Below are positions 24,007 through 35,744 of a stretch of 64,000 nt of DNA, one piece after another (position 1 is the first letter of the stretch; each line of letters starts with the position of its first letter). Under the pieces are notes generated by a model. It saw nothing but the letters and a program-made list of their open reading frames with translations. It ran no database searches and had not been told where the DNA came from. This DNA comes from Picochlorum sp. SENEW3 (taxonomy: Eukaryota). The stretch is taken from positions 496,001-560,000 of the forward strand of contig CP120460.1 of the NCBI GenBank assembly GCA_034226945.1, given 5' to 3'. Made by a program: the position numbers and the translations under genes.

Positions 24007-24827
24007 CTTTTCCTTCTCTCAACCTCTATGGAATACTCAAATAAGAATCAAACGATGTATGTATGTTCTACTATGTGATATCAATCTGAGATACCACCAA
24101 GACTAGGATTCTTTTCTGTCCCGTGGGTCAGTCCTAGACAACCACGCTTCTCACTGACTGCAGCCCGCCAACGACAACCACGGCACCTGCTTCTCAAATG
24201 CTTCAGTAAAACTGGAATGCACGCTTCGACATACAATGTAAAACAGTTATATAGTTCTTTACAAGGCCATCATGCTTCATACATGATGGTCCACAACTCT
24301 GGAAGTGGTGCTGCTGCTCCAAAGCCAACAACAAGCCTTGGCGACGCGTGTATTCGTGTTGACAAAGCTTCTTGTCAAATACTCCTTGTAATTATACTTC
24401 TATGTATACTCAAAACATCTACAGATACCCGATGTATATGCATTGGCAGTGTCAGATCCTCCTGACGTGGGTAAGATTCTAGGACCATGTTCTCTGGGAC
24501 CATTTCTGGGACCTTCGATGGCCGTGGGCACCATGAGACCTAGAGCGTAGTTGCTCAAGGTGTCAATCGATCCACCTCGGTCGATACACGACCAAGGCGC
24601 ATAATATTCTTATCATGTGTATATGATTCGACTATCTGTAAGTGTGTATCGTGAGAGAACGTGAAACGCGCTGACGAGGGTATGGTTGTGACGAGGCTCA
24701 AGCCCTCGTGGGCGTGTGTGCCAGAATCGGTCCTTCCGAGGATGCATGGGACCATGCATCGTTTCTCCGATTTCATGCGACTGGGGTGATGGATTCGAGA
24801 ACATGATTTATGTATATTATTACACAA

Positions 24828-26264
24828 TTAGTCTACTTTTATCGCTTTCTGTCCCTGTGCGGGGCCCAAATCGATGCTAAGGATGGCCTTGACGAGGATC
24901 GCCAAGGCAACAACAGATCCTCCCATCAACACGGGTTTTTCATAGGACAATATGTCTGAAAACGAATATGTCACTTCGATCAGGGTCATCATCTCAGGGA
25001 CGACATTCTTCTGGCCGATAGAGATGACTGGCCGTCCCAACACGTCAAAATACGTATATTCCTTGGACACAGACTGCGTATGTTCTTGAGAGAGGAATGC
25101 ATCTCCAACGAGATGAGATCCTTCTGGCAAGTGAATTGTTGTATGGATCTCATCATACACCAAGTCAACAATCGACGGCACCGAGGTGAACGCCAACGTA
25201 TGAGATCCACCCTTTTTGGACATGGTCACCGAGGGTATATCCAACGAGTATTCGAGAATGAATGACGTGGACCAACCACCAAAGACGGGATACCGTGGCT
25301 GCAACAACAGCTTCTTCCATTCTTTGGCAGATGTAATCTCGGACGTGGATATATTACCAATCTCGTCCCTAAACCTAATATCATACGCAGATCCAGGAAT
25401 CTTGGCGGAAAAGGACAGGGCGGCTCCTGCAGCTCCACTGTCGCCCAACAGCATCAAATCAAGCCTAGAAAACTCTCCTCGGATGAGTGAGGCATCATTC
25501 TTAATATCAAACACTTCCTTCACCCGCACACCTCCCCATGGAGATACATATACATCTTTCTCAACAGTCTTTGCTCGAAGCAACCCCTGTCTCATAGAAA
25601 TGCGCATGCGCACAATATCCTTGGTACCGTCAAATGGAGCAAGCCTCTTCACAGGATCAAACAAAACCTTTTGCTTCTCCTGGGTATACTCTCTCTTCCC
25701 TGTGTACGACTCAATATCTCTTGCTGTCGTTAAAATAATAGTTGTTTCTTCCTCGCCGATGGGATATCCAGCGATGAATGCCCCAGGCACCGTCACCTCT
25801 ACCTTTGGAGATTCAGACTGCTTCCTCTCCTTTGGAGACGCAACCAAATGATTCGTAGAAATCTGCATCGTAAGCAACGTCCGGGTCTCCTTCTTCTTCA
25901 AAGGAGAAGGAAAATCATACTCATAGCACATGATCCCTTCTGGAATAGACGTATCTTCGCTGATGCCACGATATACCAAGTCCTCCTTGACCTCCTCACC
26001 CTTGTCCTTATCAACCTCTCCGATCTGAATCACCGCACTCGCCTCCATATCTTCCTTCCTCCCACAAAATTTGAACACATCAATATCATCACCGCGGCGA
26101 CCGTCATGACGAATCGTCAAAGCAGCACGTTGAAGTAATTTGCTCGGCAGAACACCAACTTCTCGATCCACACGATCGATGACTATTGATCCGTATACTA
26201 GGCTATACAGTGATGAGAATAGGCATACTATGAGTGCATTATGGAGACTACGGAATGATCCCAT
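24828..26264 (-). CDS. Oligosaccharyltransferase subunit 1 (ribophorin I)
   Basis: Signal peptide; FRDEIGNISTS, PRYPVFGGW and YTYFDVLGRP; C-terminal transmembrane helix. Confidence 0.9.
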   Translation of the reverse strand: MGSFRSLHNALIVCLFSSLYSLVYGSIVIDRVDREVGVLPSKLLQRAALTIRHDGRRGDDIDVFKFCGRKEDMEASAVIQIGEVDKDKGEEVKEDLVYRGISEDTSIPEGIMCYEYDFPSPLKKKETRTLLTMQISTNHLVASPKERKQSESPKVEVTVPGAFIAGYPIGEEETTIILTTARDIESYTGKREYTQEKQKVLFDPVKRLAPFDGTKDIVRMRISMRQGLLRAKTVEKDVYVSPWGGVRVKEVFDIKNDASLIRGEFSRLDLMLLGDSGAAGAALSFSAKIPGSAYDIRFRDEIGNISTSEITSAKEWKKLLLQPRYPVFGGWSTSFILEYSLDIPSVTMSKKGGSHTLAFTSVPSIVDLVYDEIHTTIHLPEGSHLVGDAFLSQEHTQSVSKEYTYFDVLGRPVISIGQKNVVPEMMTLIEVTYSFSDILSYEKPVLMGGSVVALAILVKAILSIDLGPAQGQKAIKVD

Positions 26265-26569
26265 TGTTGCTATTGTTCTAAAAATTGTTCAATGGGCTGA
26301 TCGACGACGAATCTGGGCTGACCCTGAACACGTATCGCATAGATGGACTATATAATATTTCTATGCTTCTAAAATACCATTTGTGTATGCATTTTGCCAG
26401 GAATATTGTCAAACATGTTGTCTTCTTGCACTGTGTATTCCTTAAAACGATACGAAAAGAAAATACCTTGCATGGATTCTTTCCAGAGTATTTTGAGAAT
26501 ATTATTCAAAATCAACCTGATATACAGATCAATAAACCCAATTATGTTAATATAATAGCACGCGATGGA

Positions 26570-28717
26570 ATGATGGCAATTGTGTATAGGCGATTTGGGC
26601 GCTTGTCTACATATTCCAGACTCTATGCTGGTTCTTCTTCTTGCTCATGTTTTGGTTTTCGAGGAGCAGGAGCAGGAGTCGAAAGACTGAGGAGTCATAC
26701 CCTTGATGGGCATAGATTGTATTCTTCTCCCGGTTCGTTGGGTGGTATGACATTTAGTGAAGAGCAGTGGGATGCAATCACTGCCCCCTTGGATGTGCCA
26801 GTAAGAATTGTGGCAGGGCCAGGGTCAGGGAAGACACGGGTTCTGGCTGGTCGGATTCATTACGTACTGCAAATGAATCCGGAGGATGCTTCAAGGATAA
26901 TAGCGTTGACGTTTACGAATAAAGCGGCGGAAGAAATGAAACAGCGTGTGGGGATGGAAGATGTGGTGTTTGGGACATTTCATTCCTTTTGTTACAGGCA
27001 ACTGAAAAAGTACTCTGCACACGTGATGGATGTTGTCTTTCCTGGGCGTGATGTTGATTGGATGGTCATGGATCAGGATGATTGTCGACGGCTGATGGAA
27101 AAGGTTGTCAAAGATGCAGAACATGATACGGATGTGGCATTGGCACGGTCTGTTCTGTCAAAGATAAAGCGGCTGAAGAACAGCGTTGGGTATTTGGATC
27201 CATCGGTTGGATATGAGGCATATATTAAGGGTGATGAGAATCTGTTGTTCTGGACTATGGCGTATGAGAAGGCGTTGAGAGATGCCGGTGCTTTGGATTT
27301 TGAAGATTTGTTGGGGGTTTTTGAACATGTTTTAAAGACCAAGGATGAGGTTGCGATGGGATTGCGGAACAAGTTCAAGTACATACTAGTTGATGAGTTC
27401 CAAGATGCGAATGTAGTCCAGTATAGTATTATAAAGCATTTGTGTCGTGGTAAGGATGATGCAAAGCATGTGTTTGTTGTTGGGGATGTGGATCAGACCA
27501 TCTATACCTGGAGGGGAGCTTCGGCGGATCATATGAGGGATATGTTTCTCAAAGATTTCCCTCATAGTGTGTGCTATAGATTGAAGGATAATTATAGATC
27601 GACCAAAGATATTTTGGGAGTCGCTCAGAGTTTGATATCAACGCTGAAGAATTCAGACAGAGTTGATGAATTTCGTGCTGTACGCAAAGATGGACACGGC
27701 GTGCCCGTGGATGTATTTGTATATAGCAACCCTGTAGAAGAGGGGATGGGTATTGCACAGGATATCAAGTCTCGATTAGGTGAACATGATGATTGTCGTA
27801 TTGCTGTATTGCTTCGAACTCATGCAAGTGCAAGGTTTATTGAGACAGCCCTGGCCTCTGCACAGGTGCCATACACTGTGGTTGGAGGGGTGTCTTTTTG
27901 GAAACGATCAGAGATTCGGGATATTATGGCGTATTTGAAACTTGCGCTGAATGTATCGGATGTCTTGTCTCTTGAACGCGTGATCAATACACCGAAACGA
28001 GGGATTGGTCCAGCTGCCATCAAAGGTCTGAGCACGGCTGCCGAGGGACAAGGTATCAATGTGGCAGAGTATGTCTTTGGTGCTCTGAATGAGGAAGATG
28101 TGACATCAAAGTCTGTGAGGAAGTCTTTGAGTGGTTTTAGGGACCTCATTAGTTCATTACGCGAGAAACTGGAGCAGAATGAGCCTCTCTATGATGTTCT
28201 CAACTACATTGTGGACAACACAGGCTATAGAGAATATATTCTTGGTGTGAAGGAGGAGTTTTCAAAGAAACAAGTGAGATTATCCAACATTGATCAGTTG
28301 ATTGACATGTCGCACACTGTTGTAGAGGAGGATATCAGTGATGGAAATAGTGTGTTATTAGCAAAAGCATTTGTTGATGCTGCTGCCATGTATGGCGACG
28401 AAGATGCCCCTGGAAATGCACCTGTTCAGTTAATGACTATGCATGCAGCCAAAGGCCTGGAATTTAATAGGGTATATATTCCTTTTGTCACAGAGGGTCT
28501 CATTCCTTGTGTCCAACAAGATTCTAGCATGGATCCTTGGGAACAGATGGATGAAGAAACCAGGCTGATGTTTGTCTCAATCACACGAGCAAAAGATAGC
28601 TTGTGTGTATCATATAATAAAGATGCGCGGCACGGGCGTCCAAACAAGCCAAGTAGATTTTTGTCGTTGATGTTTGCCAAGGAGCGCCCCCGTCTTGTTG
28701 ACTTTACCGCGTATTGA
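26570..28717 (+). CDS. UvrD/Rep/PcrA-family SF1 DNA helicase with an organelle-targeting-like N-terminus
   Basis: AGPGSGKT, LTFTNKAA, TFHSF, VDEFQD, VGDVDQTIY.WRGA, NYRS, TMHAAKGLEF and SITRA. Confidence 0.92.
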   Translation: MMAIVYRRFGRLSTYSRLYAGSSSCSCFGFRGAGAGVERLRSHTLDGHRLYSSPGSLGGMTFSEEQWDAITAPLDVPVRIVAGPGSGKTRVLAGRIHYVLQMNPEDASRIIALTFTNKAAEEMKQRVGMEDVVFGTFHSFCYRQLKKYSAHVMDVVFPGRDVDWMVMDQDDCRRLMEKVVKDAEHDTDVALARSVLSKIKRLKNSVGYLDPSVGYEAYIKGDENLLFWTMAYEKALRDAGALDFEDLLGVFEHVLKTKDEVAMGLRNKFKYILVDEFQDANVVQYSIIKHLCRGKDDAKHVFVVGDVDQTIYTWRGASADHMRDMFLKDFPHSVCYRLKDNYRSTKDILGVAQSLISTLKNSDRVDEFRAVRKDGHGVPVDVFVYSNPVEEGMGIAQDIKSRLGEHDDCRIAVLLRTHASARFIETALASAQVPYTVVGGVSFWKRSEIRDIMAYLKLALNVSDVLSLERVINTPKRGIGPAAIKGLSTAAEGQGINVAEYVFGALNEEDVTSKSVRKSLSGFRDLISSLREKLEQNEPLYDVLNYIVDNTGYREYILGVKEEFSKKQVRLSNIDQLIDMSHTVVEEDISDGNSVLLAKAFVDAAAMYGDEDAPGNAPVQLMTMHAAKGLEFNRVYIPFVTEGLIPCVQQDSSMDPWEQMDEETRLMFVSITRAKDSLCVSYNKDARHGRPNKPSRFLSLMFAKERPRLVDFTAY

Positions 28718-28880
28718 CTGATTGTCAAGACTTTCTCCTAACAACAATGGGTTGGTTATGTCTGTGCCTACTATGTACATACTCCCTGATGAAGGCATTC
28801 AGCCAACAACTAAATGAATTGATTGTCACATGAATAATAATACAATGTTATTGCAAATAATGATTACATTCGTAGCCTGT

Positions 28881-30581
28881 TCATTCTTCGAGTTCAAAGA
28901 GGTCTCCAGCACTCATTGACGCCTCCACAGGCGTATGGCTCACGTGTCCATCCTCTGCTATTCTATTACGCCATCTTCTGTATCTGACTGCCATTTTATC
29001 GTACGAGACTGGATGTGCCCAGGTATCACCGCCTCTTTTCAGACGATCCTGTTGGCCAACAACAAGCACCAAGTCTTCACCAAGGACCTGTCCAGCTACA
29101 TGCTTCCATACGTTTTGAATACCTGGAACATATCGCAGCCATCCCAAAAAGTCCATGCTCATACGATACAAGAGCCGAGTGTGACCTTCACGAGAAGGCA
29201 AGCAGAAATGAATTTGGTGAAGATGATTTTCACAATCCTCTGCAGTCACATCCCTTTTAATCTTTCCTGGCTGTGCCAAACCAATTGTGGACACTGTGAT
29301 ACATGGAGGCCTGAATTCCATGTTAATAGGATATGGATGCCAAACACCAGAAAGAGCTTTATTTGCGGTGAACTTGACAATATCAGGAATTGGCCATCCC
29401 TTGGCAAATGTTGACGTGTGGGTGAATGGAGCATGCGCAAGATCCAGCAGATTCTCGATCAGAAGTCCGTGTTCTACAGGTACTTCCACCTCTATCTCTG
29501 CATGAAGTTTAAAGCCTTCTGGATGAGCACCCAAACCTTCTGGACTGCCGACAGGTTTCTGCGCACCTGGCCAGACCCACACCAGTCCATCCACCTCAAC
29601 GATTGGTAATGCCTTGACTTTGATGCCAGGGCACATTTTTGTTGATGGCATCTTTGTACATGAACCGTTTGCATCATATTGCCAACCATGATAAGGACAT
29701 GCCACTTCTCCATCAATCACTTTCCCTGGGGAAATGGGACATCCCCTGTGAGCGCACTCGTCTTTCACACATGCTGCCTTGCCTTCAGAATCCCTAAACA
29801 GGACCCATGGCTCGTTGAAAAGATCGAATGGAATCATCATATTTTCCTCTAATTTGCTAGAAAACTGCACCGCAAACCAATGCTCCTTCAACTCGGGCTC
29901 AAGGCGTAAGCTGCTTTGCAGCCCATTCTTCTTTCCACTCTGTCCAGGCACCTGCTCTTGAAGAATATCATTGGTTGGGCTAAAGGACTGCTCCAAAATT
30001 CTGGCAGTCTGTTTCAACTCATTCACACGCTCAACATTAGCATCAATATTCTTCTGTGTGCGCTGAAGTCTGTCCTGGGCTTCCTCCACCTCTGCCTGCA
30101 GAGACTCCAGAGTTGTCTTCATGGAGTCAATAGAGGAGCGATCTTTATACTGTTCATCCAGCATCTGCAACACCTTCAGATTGGCCTCTTCGATAGCTGA
30201 TAAAGTGCATTCAACGTCATTATCCATGACATAATCATAGACTTTTGCCCAAGTCTTTCTGCTTCTCTTCATAAAATCAACCCTTCTCCGTGCCCGAGCA
30301 GCTTCCACACCATCTGCCCGACTCAACCTCTCATTCAACACAGCAAGATCGGCAAGTTGATCTCTTGCTCGATCCGTAGCTTTCCTAAACCGAATTTGCG
30401 GAGCTGAGGCCACAACGGTCTGAAGGGACCCACTCTCTGCCTCTCTGTCACTCTGAGTACTACACACAACAGTGACACTACCACCCCTACGATGAACATC
30501 CATCACACGCCTTTTGTCAGAGACCTTGTGCAAGACAGAAGGCCCATGGCGACCAGAAGTACTGCATGTGGACGTATACAT
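28881..30581 (-). CDS. CAO: Chlorophyllide a oxygenase
   Basis: Rieske CAHRGCP...CPYHGW, mononuclear iron site ENLLDLAHAPFTH, and QVLGEDLVLV. Confidence 0.93.
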   Translation of the reverse strand: MYTSTCSTSGRHGPSVLHKVSDKRRVMDVHRRGGSVTVVCSTQSDREAESGSLQTVVASAPQIRFRKATDRARDQLADLAVLNERLSRADGVEAARARRRVDFMKRSRKTWAKVYDYVMDNDVECTLSAIEEANLKVLQMLDEQYKDRSSIDSMKTTLESLQAEVEEAQDRLQRTQKNIDANVERVNELKQTARILEQSFSPTNDILQEQVPGQSGKKNGLQSSLRLEPELKEHWFAVQFSSKLEENMMIPFDLFNEPWVLFRDSEGKAACVKDECAHRGCPISPGKVIDGEVACPYHGWQYDANGSCTKMPSTKMCPGIKVKALPIVEVDGLVWVWPGAQKPVGSPEGLGAHPEGFKLHAEIEVEVPVEHGLLIENLLDLAHAPFTHTSTFAKGWPIPDIVKFTANKALSGVWHPYPINMEFRPPCITVSTIGLAQPGKIKRDVTAEDCENHLHQIHFCLPSREGHTRLLYRMSMDFLGWLRYVPGIQNVWKHVAGQVLGEDLVLVVGQQDRLKRGGDTWAHPVSYDKMAVRYRRWRNRIAEDGHVSHTPVEASMSAGDLFELEE

Positions 30582-31161
30582 GTCGCTTTGCTGATATCCT
30601 CTGGTACGAAGTGTTCTTCGTTACGTTGTCTCTCCTTTTGCTACTGATGTATGCAATTCTGTTCACGCAGCCTTGAATATGCGAATTTTTTGATTTTAAA
30701 ATGCGATTGGTGAGACGCAAGGATCAGGATAATCCTGATTCGCTGAGTGTCACGTGTCCAGAATTCTCTCACACACTAGCCAGTCGCGTTTGCGATACAA
30801 CCCCTCCTGGCAACAACATACACGATTAAGACGCGAAGATTATGTTTCTTACGTATTTAATCATTTGCATCTGGGATAACAGTCGCTCTAGTGCACCTTT
30901 TAAAACTCCGAATGGGCGATTTTTTGACAAGATTGGATGAGATTCTGTATTGGTGTCTCTTTTAATGTTCGATTTACAGAGCCAATCCTATTTACGACAT
31001 TTGAATTCCTTTGTTTCCGTGACACACGCACAGGGGATACAGAGCAAAACCCTCAAAACAAATCTATAGAAAGTATGGAGCACTTCTCTTGGCTTCATTC
31101 TCGAAGCAGGTGGATGTATAGAGTCGAGTAACAAAATACAACGTATTTTGTTTCGCTGGCC

Positions 31162-32673
31162 ATGGTTTTGCTGGTCTCTTTCTTCTCCTGTATCGGCGCA
31201 TTTCTCTTTGGATATGATTTGGGTTTGATTGCAGGGGCATTGCCTCTGATTCGAGATGATTTGAATGTGTCGGAGGTGGTGGAGGAGTTGATTGTTTCCA
31301 TGGCAAAGTTGGGTGCTGTTGTGGGGACCCTTATTGGCGCAACTGTGATGAAATTGCACGGTCGGCGTCCAGCTCTCATCTGGGATGTTGTATTTTTTCT
31401 GGTAGGCCCTTTTCTGATGGTTGTGCATCCATCGGGGGTCGCGCTGTTGGTGGTGGGAAGATTTGTAATTGGCCTTGGGATAGGTGTTTCCGCAGGAGTC
31501 TCACCAGCGTATTTGGGTGAAATTTCTCCCAATGCATATCGAGGAAGAATTGTGGGGTTGTATGAATTTATGTTGTGTTTTGGAATGCTTAGTGCTGCAC
31601 TCGTGAATGGACTGATTGACACATATGTTGATTCAAGAACATCATGGAGGCTAATGGTAGGATTGCCAATGGTGCCTGCTTTATTTATGGGTATTTTTGT
31701 GTGGTGGATTCCAGAGTCTCCTAGATGGCTTGTTTCTCAAGGACGATTGGATGAGGCGCTGCGGGTGATGCATAAAGTGCATACATCATCAACACTTCCA
31801 CAAGGTGAGCATAGTTCTACTGCACAGGTGGAGGCTGAGTTGCTCGACTTGTGGAGCTCTGTGGAGAAGGAACGGAGCGAACAGATTGATTCAAATATAG
31901 AAATGAATTCAATGGAAGGTACATTGGAGAATGACGCACTTCCTTTATTACCTGATGGGAGCAACGATAAGAGCAGTGCCGGTAACAGCACAAAGAGAAT
32001 GGCTTCCATATCACCGTCCTATTTCAGCATTTTTACTGATGTGTACAAGTTGGGGTTCAGTGATGAGAGACGAGCGTATTTTTTTGTTCTAGCAATTGCA
32101 TTTTTCAATCAAGCCTGTGCATCAACAGCCATCATAAATTATGCACCAACAGTGTTGGAGGAGAAGAAAGGTATTGAGAGCCTAGCGCAGGCGTCTTTTG
32201 CTGCCTCCGCGACAGGCGTTGCAAAGTTACTAGGTGCAATAGTTTCCATTTCTCTTGTTGATAGATTAGGGAGAAAGCCCTTGTTAGTCCTGGGATCTAT
32301 TGCAAGTTCTGCTAGTTTATTGCTTCTCAGTGTTGGTGACGCACTCTCATCTGTTCCACTCATGGTGACCTCCATGGGTGTATTCATTTTTTTCTTTTCA
32401 TTGTCGTGGGGTGCAATTTTCTGGATAATATTATCCGAAGTATTTTCGATGAAGAATAAATCAGGTGCAGTTGCAACTTGTACAGCAGCACTGTTTTTGT
32501 TTGGTAGTGCTGCAGATGCTTTGTTCTTGACAATTCGAAGTGCCATTGGATTTGGGTCGTTTATTGTGTATGCATTCGTTTCTTTGTCAGGAGGTGTATT
32601 TGTATATTTTTGCCTGCCGGAGACAAAAGGAAAGTCTCTCAAAGAGGTGCAACAGTCATTGAGAATTTCATAG
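31162..32673 (+). CDS. MFS sugar/inositol porter; exact start uncertain
   Basis: FLFGYDLG, GRRPA, PESPRWL, DRLGRKP and LPETKGKSL; about 12 hydrophobic segments. Confidence 0.9.
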   Translation: MVLLVSFFSCIGAFLFGYDLGLIAGALPLIRDDLNVSEVVEELIVSMAKLGAVVGTLIGATVMKLHGRRPALIWDVVFFLVGPFLMVVHPSGVALLVVGRFVIGLGIGVSAGVSPAYLGEISPNAYRGRIVGLYEFMLCFGMLSAALVNGLIDTYVDSRTSWRLMVGLPMVPALFMGIFVWWIPESPRWLVSQGRLDEALRVMHKVHTSSTLPQGEHSSTAQVEAELLDLWSSVEKERSEQIDSNIEMNSMEGTLENDALPLLPDGSNDKSSAGNSTKRMASISPSYFSIFTDVYKLGFSDERRAYFFVLAIAFFNQACASTAIINYAPTVLEEKKGIESLAQASFAASATGVAKLLGAIVSISLVDRLGRKPLLVLGSIASSASLLLLSVGDALSSVPLMVTSMGVFIFFFSLSWGAIFWIILSEVFSMKNKSGAVATCTAALFLFGSAADALFLTIRSAIGFGSFIVYAFVSLSGGVFVYFCLPETKGKSLKEVQQSLRIS

Positions 32674-32758
32674 GTAGTGCCTTGCTGGCATTACAGCCTA
32701 CATATGTGCAAACAAAAATTTTCCGTGTAATAGTACATTATTTTCCATCATCTTGATT

Positions 32759-35365
32759 TTATCCAATAATATTTAGAGGATTTGGTGGTTGGGCACCTTG
32801 GGCTTGAGGAACAATAGGAAGCTCCACTGGTGCAGGTGCTGGTTCTGTTGTTGTAAATGGCTTCACAGCTGTCTGAGGTGGTGTCTCAATCTTTGGCAGC
32901 TCCACTGGTGCGGCAGCTCGAGGCACCTCTTGTTTTGATGGCGCAATGCCCAATTGCACAGAGACACCTGCTGGTTTTGTGCTAGGGACATCAGCAGTGT
33001 TCTGAGGTTCTACAATAGCACTTGATATTGGTGGATCCGCCTGTGGCGCTACATCATTTGTGATCTCAGGCACAATAGAGACCACTTGCTCTGGGGATGG
33101 CGCCACAGCAGCTGTTTGTTCCTCAACAGCACCCTCGGTCTCATTGATTGGCTGCAGTTCCTCCGGATTGACGACAGGGGGGACACTGATGACGTCAATT
33201 GGATCATTTCTCACATCGCATTTCTTTTGGCACTGAACTTCCGTGATATCCAGATCTCCAATCTGATCAAAGGTCACATTAGCAGTCGGATAGTATGTGT
33301 AGGATGCACTGGACCCAGGGTCACTGATTGGACATGCGACCACCACTGAATCCACATCCTTGGACCATGTCATTCCACATCCACTCTCCAAGTACCCAAA
33401 TGGTACACAATTCATGCTTGAAGATAATTCAACACACGATGCACTTTTTAGGAAATTGGCTGATTCTCCCACTTTTGTTGGAAGAGCACACCCAACAATT
33501 GCAGCAATAAGTATGGCAACAAGAACCACACCAGAACCTATTTGAATTGATAGCCATTTGGTTCGCTTCTCATTTGCACTTGTTTGGACCTTTGGGAATA
33601 AGATCACAATATATGCAAGGCAGACACCACTGATTGCTCCACCAATTGAAAACCAGACATCAACAAGAGGGAATAGACTCAGCACAATCAAACCTCCGAG
33701 CACAATCAGAAGAATTAGAGTAACAAGGTACCATTCTTTCAAGTTTAGGAGCTTTCGCCTGGGCCATTCCAGAGTTTGGCTGGCAACAATGACACCCAAT
33801 AAACTCAAGATTCCAGAGAATGCTCCACATGCTATGTAATCAGCATTGAGGTTCGCTGAGGCAAGCGATCCAACGAGAGAGGACAAAAGGAACAGTGCCG
33901 CAACGGTTGCCTGAGGGAAAGGCATGGCAGTTCTAGCATACGCCCCAAATACCCACAGAAAGAGAAGGCACAGAGCAAGGTGAATGAGACCTGCTGGCAG
34001 GAAAATCGATGATATCAATCTCCACCATTCATTCCCAGGTGAATTCATCAAAGGCAATACCAATGCTCCAGATTGGACGAGCCCGTCCCTTGTGGCTCCA
34101 TACCAGGGGTTTTCAGACATTGGAGCCATTTCCCAGTTGGAAAATGAAAGTGAGAGGATGAACATGGCAACATAGACTATTGTCATGAGTGTCAGGAATC
34201 CAATACTGTACCATTCAACTGGAGCAAGCTTTTTCTTGGACTTTTGTGGGGATCCTCCTCTTGAAGATCTAGACCGTGATATTTGTCTCGAGCTTCTTGG
34301 GGATGCAATGCCTCTGCGGACATACCAGGGTGCATTCCCTGCTTCCAAAGTACCTGGTGTAGCGTTCACATCGATTCTTCCAGGCCTTACCTTGCTTCCA
34401 TTTGTATACGTCCATCCATTGCTGTTCATCCTTGAAGGTGGAGTTCTGGCTGGACCTGCTGCACCTGGGGTTGAGACATACTGGGTATCCTTTCCCTGAA
34501 AATCATATCTATTCGTCTCCTCTGTCAGAATAAATGATCCAGAGGGATCCTACGCAATACAATAAGTAGTATCAATATTCATGTGATATATATAAATAAA
34601 CATCGCAATTGTAAGTACATACCATCATCCATGGTGCATTCTTTCTTGCCCAAGCAGTGATTGCCATCATGAGCTCCGAATTAGGCGTCATTGATATAGG
34701 AACTCGCAATGTTTTATTCGTGACAGGACATCTCTTCTGTCCTTTTGCAAGTCTTTTCTCCAGCGCACATCTATCGCACGTTGTCCCAGTCGCAAGGATC
34801 ACAGGATCTTTCATGACTCGGCCAGAGATGGGGCAGATAAACCTTGGTGGAGCCTTTGCCTCGATAGCCATACGATCAAGTTCCCTGATAGGTGTACAAC
34901 CTTTTCTAGGACTAGGAGTTTTCCGGTCCACTTTTGCTGTGACAGTTTGTCCAGAGGTCGAACTACCACCCCTCCTTGAGGATCGTGGGGTCAAGCGCCG
35001 AGGAGACATTTGCCCATACTTCCCTGCTGGAAGAACCACAAATTGACCACTTTCAGGGCCTTTAACATCCATGGATCCTCGCATGGATGGAGAAGAAACG
35101 AAAGAATCTAGATGACCTGCTTTTATACTTTGGCTAGCTTCACTTGCTAACGTACTACTGCTCGTCCGTTGCAGGTTTTCCACCTGCAGGGGCTGCGGCC
35201 TTTTCTCCATTCCTGTGCCATCTGCCCAAAGAAATACACCAAAAAATATTAAAAACAATAAATGTGCAGAAGCTTGTGTAACTCGGACATACCTGTATTC
35301 GTAGACTTTGGGGAAAGTTTCTCTGACTTTGTCCGCAAGATTCCTGCACCAATCATCGGAGCCAT
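32759..35365 (-). CDS. U-box domain plus inactive rhomboid-like membrane protein
   Basis: Exons 35365-35293, 35221-34623 and 34549-32759 are GT-AG and in phase. U-box PPRFICPISGRVMKDPVILATGTTCDR...CPVT...PN. Rhomboid region ENPWYG, EWWRLISSIFL.AGLIHL. Confidence 0.8.
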
Positions 35366-35744
35366 ATCAGCATATCAACCGACCAAAGATCAAAAATTTA
35401 TATTATAATATCTATATTTAATGCCATACCAGTGCTCTGATCCACAGGAGCAACTTGTGGAAAAGTTGTTTCCATCTTGCCGTTAAGATCTGGTTACTGC
35501 ACTGAGAGGAGAGGTCCACGCGTATAGTGCGAAATAACCAACTAGATGGATCCCAATCAAATTGAATATATCAATAATATTTTGTGACCTGAAACGAGGA
35601 AAGATAATGCACACATGGGTCCACTGGCGACGTTCATGCGCATAACCGACATGTTTTGGGCGCCACCGGACCATCGCGCGATGGTGCGCCGTGATGACTC
35701 ATCAGAAAACCGGTCATCAAGTCCCATTCTTTCTTCTTTACATC

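Noticed and set aside
24481..24513. Three GGACC / TCTGGGACC short direct repeats as a CRISPR-like array
   Set aside because: Too short and irregular, in a eukaryotic context. At most a promoter motif.
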